From positions 1 to 37,749 of the forward strand of contig JAOUFA010000002.1 in assembly GCA_029858545.1 (NCBI GenBank): a stretch of 37,749 bases of DNA, written 5' to 3'. The DNA is from Betaproteobacteria bacterium. GTDB taxonomy: Bacteria > Pseudomonadota > Gammaproteobacteria > Burkholderiales > SG8-39. The notes beneath the pieces were generated by a model. That model was not told where the DNA came from. It did not search any database and saw only the letters and a list, made by a program, of their open reading frames with translations. Below are positions 35,165 to 37,749 of this stretch, piece by piece. Positions within the stretch are counted from its first letter, which is position 1. Each line of letters opens with the position of its first letter. The position numbers and the translations under genes were made by a program.

Positions 35165-35989
35165 ATGCATCGGGACCGGCCGCGCCGGCAGGACCGCCGA
35201 ACCGCCGCCAATTTTTCGAGAAGGAGTACCGCCATCGACCTGGTCCGTGATTGGCTGAACGAAGCCCGGCGCATCGTGTTTCTCACCGGCGCCGGAATCT
35301 CCACCGATTCGGGGATCCCCGATTTCCGCGGTCCGCAGGGCGTCTGGACCCGCGACCCGCAGGCGGAGAAGCTCTCCAACATCCACTACTACGTCGCCGA
35401 CCCGGAGATCCGCCGGAAGTCCTGGCAAGCGCGGCTTGCGCACCCGGCGTGGACCGCGCAGCCCAACGCGGGCCACCGCGCGATCGTCGAGTTGGAGCGC
35501 CGGGGCCAGCTGCACGCGCTCATCACGCAAAACATCGACGGCTTGCATCAACGTGCGGGCAATTCGGCCGAACGGGTAATCGAGGTGCATGGCACGGTAC
35601 ACGCCGTTGTTTGCCTCAGCTGCGGCTGGAAGGGGCCGATGCAGGACACGCTCGCGCGAGTGCGCGCGGGCGAATCCGATCCGCGCTGCGAGGGCTGCGG
35701 TGGAATCCTCAAGAGCGACACCATCTCCTTCGGCCAGCCGCTCGTCCCCGAGGTGATCGCCAGCGCCATGCAGGCCGCGGGCGAGGCCGATCTGTTCTTC
35801 TCGGTGGGAACCAGTCTGCAGGTCTATCCGGTCGCGGGCGTGCTGCCCCTCGCGAAACGCTCCGGTGCGCGCGTGGTGATCGTGAACGCCGAAGCGACGC
35901 CCTTCGACGACCTCGCCGATGCGGTGCTGCGAAATTCTCTCAGCGAAACCCTCGCCAAGCTTACCTGGGGGAGCGACGCGAAGGCGTAG
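35165..35989 (+). CDS. cobB: NAD-dependent protein deacylase (Sir2/CobB family)
   Basis: Track ORF 35015..35989, with the first ATG at 35165. GAGISTDSGIPDFRG, QNIDGLH, EVHGT, and a Zn ribbon CLSC...CEGC. Confidence 0.88.
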   Translation: MHRDRPRRQDRRTAANFSRRSTAIDLVRDWLNEARRIVFLTGAGISTDSGIPDFRGPQGVWTRDPQAEKLSNIHYYVADPEIRRKSWQARLAHPAWTAQPNAGHRAIVELERRGQLHALITQNIDGLHQRAGNSAERVIEVHGTVHAVVCLSCGWKGPMQDTLARVRAGESDPRCEGCGGILKSDTISFGQPLVPEVIASAMQAAGEADLFFSVGTSLQVYPVAGVLPLAKRSGARVVIVNAEATPFDDLADAVLRNSLSETLAKLTWGSDAKA

Positions 35990-36007
35990 ACGAAGCGCGT
36001 TCCCTCC

Positions 36008-37348
36008 TCAGGACGCGACCCGCCTCGCGAAGGCTTTCTCGCGCGACGCGGCCTCGAACAGGCCCAGCTCGGCGACCAATCGGCCTATCACCTCGCTCCA
36101 ATCGCCTTCCCTGTGCTGCCGGAACAGACGCATCGAGGGATACCAGGGGCTATCGCCGCGTCCGGTCAGCCAGCGCCAGTCGCCCTGCGCCGGCAACACC
36201 GTCCAGACATCCTTGCCCATCGCTCCGGCGAGATGCGCCACCGCGGTATCGACGGAAATCACCAGATCGAGGTGCGAGATCAACGCGGCCGTGTCGGCAA
36301 AATCGTGCAGCGCATCGGTCATGTCTTGCAGAACGCCGAATCCGGCGACCCGCACGTGAGTTTCCGAGGAGCCTCCTGTTTGCAGGCTGTAGAACGCGAC
36401 GCCGGGAACCTGCGCCAGCGGCGCGAACATTTCGGGTGCGAGGCTCTTCTGCCATGCGTAGCCGGTTGCCGGGTTGCTGGCCCAGACCAGCCCGACACGG
36501 ATCGCCGCCGCGTCATGAACCACCTTCCTGCGCCAGGTTTCGACATCGTCGGCGCCGGCAGCGAGGTACGGCACCGCCGGGATGTCCCGCAACGTCGTCC
36601 CCAGCAGGCCCGGAAGGCTCATCAGAGGACAGCACAAATCGCAGTGCGCGATATCGGCGTCGCTTTCCAATACCGCAGCGACTCCGTTCACCTGTCGGAA
36701 CAGCCGTTTGAGCGGCGGCTGGCAATCGACCACCACCCGGGCGCCGGCCGCGGCCACCACGGACGCGTAGCGAATGAACTGGATCGCATCGCCGAATCCC
36801 TGCTCGGCAAACAGCAGGATCGTCCTGCCCGCCAGGTCGGAGCCGTCCCACCATGCCTGCTTGAACAGACCGCGAAGGGTCTGGAACTCGGGCCGTTTCC
36901 AGCGCCACTCGTACTCGGGCCAGCCCCGCGGATAGTCTCCGAGCGCGAGCAACATGATGCCGCGATTGAAGTGCGCCTCGGTCGATTCCGGGTCGATCAC
37001 CAACACGCGGTCGAAGGCGCCCAGCGCACCCGCGTAGTCGCCCGCGGATGCCAACACGCCGCCCAGGTTCTGCTGCGCGTGAGCATGGTCGGGCGCCAGA
37101 CTCACCGCCTGGCGGTACTCGACGGTGGCCTCGGCGTCTTTGCCCTCGGCCTGCAGCGCGCACCCGAGGCTGAAGTGGAATGCCGCGACCGAGCCGTTCG
37201 CCGCGACCGCGTCGCCCAGCAGTGCAATGGCCTCGTCCAGTCTTCCCTGGCGGCGCGCCGCTTCGCCGCGCAGATACAGCGCGTCGGCCTCCGGTTTCGC
37301 CGTGCGCCCGGCGCCGATCGCGGCTCTCAGCCGGTCAAACATGCGCAA
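36008..37348 (-). CDS. TPR-repeat protein with C-terminal GT9 (heptosyltransferase-like) domain
   Basis: N-terminal TPRs (YLRGEAARRQGRLDEAIALL...). The C-terminal EQGFGDAIQFIRY ... SVDTAVAHLAGAMGKDVW ... SPWYPSMRLFRQ is typical of the TPR-GT9 family. Confidence 0.8.
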   Translation of the reverse strand: MRMFDRLRAAIGAGRTAKPEADALYLRGEAARRQGRLDEAIALLGDAVAANGSVAAFHFSLGCALQAEGKDAEATVEYRQAVSLAPDHAHAQQNLGGVLASAGDYAGALGAFDRVLVIDPESTEAHFNRGIMLLALGDYPRGWPEYEWRWKRPEFQTLRGLFKQAWWDGSDLAGRTILLFAEQGFGDAIQFIRYASVVAAAGARVVVDCQPPLKRLFRQVNGVAAVLESDADIAHCDLCCPLMSLPGLLGTTLRDIPAVPYLAAGADDVETWRRKVVHDAAAIRVGLVWASNPATGYAWQKSLAPEMFAPLAQVPGVAFYSLQTGGSSETHVRVAGFGVLQDMTDALHDFADTAALISHLDLVISVDTAVAHLAGAMGKDVWTVLPAQGDWRWLTGRGDSPWYPSMRLFRQHREGDWSEVIGRLVAELGLFEAASREKAFARRVAS

Positions 37349-37375
37349 CCACGGCGTGGCGGCAAGTTCTCATCC

Positions 37376-37749
37376 TCAGATCGAGGCCCTCGCGCGCCGC
37401 TCCAGGGAAACCAGCGCCAGCGCCATCACGGCTCCCGCCGCGTTGAACCAGCGCGCATCGGGAAATGACTCGGCGGGCAGAAGCAGCAGAAAACCCGCCG
37501 CCGCGTAGACCAGCCGGGACCCGATCTTCAGCAGACGGATCGAGTACCCCATCGTCGCCGCCGAAATCAGCCACACGCCCCCGACCGCGGTCACGAAGTC
37601 GAGCGCGATCAGCCAGGGCTCGCCCTTCATGAGCAACGTGCCCGAGAACACGAACAGGAACGGCAGCACGAACACCGTCCAGCCGAGCGCCATCGCCGTG
37701 AACCCGGTGCGCATCGGGTCGGCTTCCGCCAGGTTCGCCGCGGCGAAAG
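37376..37749 (-). CDS. TRAP transporter fused permease, C-terminal part (5' end outside window)
   Basis: The frame stays open to the window edge (FAAANLAEADPMRTGFTAMALGWTVFVLPFLFVF...). The hydrophobic C-terminal helices resemble the TIGR02123-type fused permease. Confidence 0.5.
   Translation of the reverse strand, partial: FAAANLAEADPMRTGFTAMALGWTVFVLPFLFVFSGTLLMKGEPWLIALDFVTAVGGVWLISAATMGYSIRLLKIGSRLVYAAAGFLLLLPAESFPDARWFNAAGAVMALALVSLERRARASI

Noticed and set aside
34916-35602. A 228-aa minus-strand ORF, plus small frames upstream of the PdxA-family gene. These include a 36-codon frame whose TGA overlaps GTG 34828.
   Set aside because: There are no motifs, the composition is Arg-rich, and the ORF overlaps the well-supported Sir2 gene. 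The GTGA overlap alone is not enough evidence for a coding leader.
1-37749. CRISPR arrays, transposases/IS elements, integrases, prophage genes, and known defence-system genes. Defence-type Sir2 was considered.
   Set aside because: No spaced direct-repeat arrays and no transposase, integrase or phage-like proteins are seen in any frame. The Sir2 protein is a short CobB-type deacylase with a Zn ribbon and no fused effector or partner gene.

Overview
Very GC-rich, densely coding proteobacterial-type chromosomal segment with about 38 protein genes. I find no rRNA, tRNA, CRISPR array or intact mobile element. Many long ORFs in the six-frame track are antisense or out-of-frame artefacts of the GC content, so I called genes from recognisable protein families, start-codon context (SD, ATGA/GTGA coupling) and signal peptides. 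Left to right: (1) UPF0261 protein plus an OYE-type flavoenzyme with a C-terminal Fn3 domain, minus strand. (2) Divergent from these, a FadH-like flavoenzyme / unknown 151-aa protein / Zn-ribbon / aldo-keto reductase / DHPON-type hydrolase operon. (3) NHL-repeat lipoprotein. (4) feoAB. (5) MFS and DMT transporters. (6) LysR regulator divergent from doxX-pirin-DUF1499. (7) SRAP (yedK-like) divergent from dinB. (8) tcuAB. (9) Pro/Ala-rich lipoprotein divergent from a secreted S8 subtilase. (10) Exported SAM-methyltransferase. (11) A lower-GC patch with two decayed toxin-antitoxin loci flanking a RIO1-like kinase. (12) coxG plus a three-subunit molybdenum hydroxylase plus maiA. (13) An alpha/beta hydrolase lacking its serine nucleophile. 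(14) PdxA-family dehydrogenase. (15) Sir2/CobB. (16) TPR-GT9 protein. (17) TRAP permease fragment. Most of this is ordinary accessory metabolism, and I do not see a recognisable defence island. The least explained signal is an unannotated 28-codon ORF at 16800-16886 (minus strand). It has a 17-nt perfect complement to the 16S rRNA 3' tail and its own intrinsic terminator, and it sits directly behind the SRAP/dinB DNA-damage pair. Secondary oddities: the Fn3-tagged OYE enzyme, the nucleophile-less hydrolase, two antitoxins whose toxins are truncated, a 14-bp triple tandem repeat spanning the LysR start codon, and an octamer repeat in a lipoprotein leader. All functional calls come from reading motifs by eye; no database search was run.
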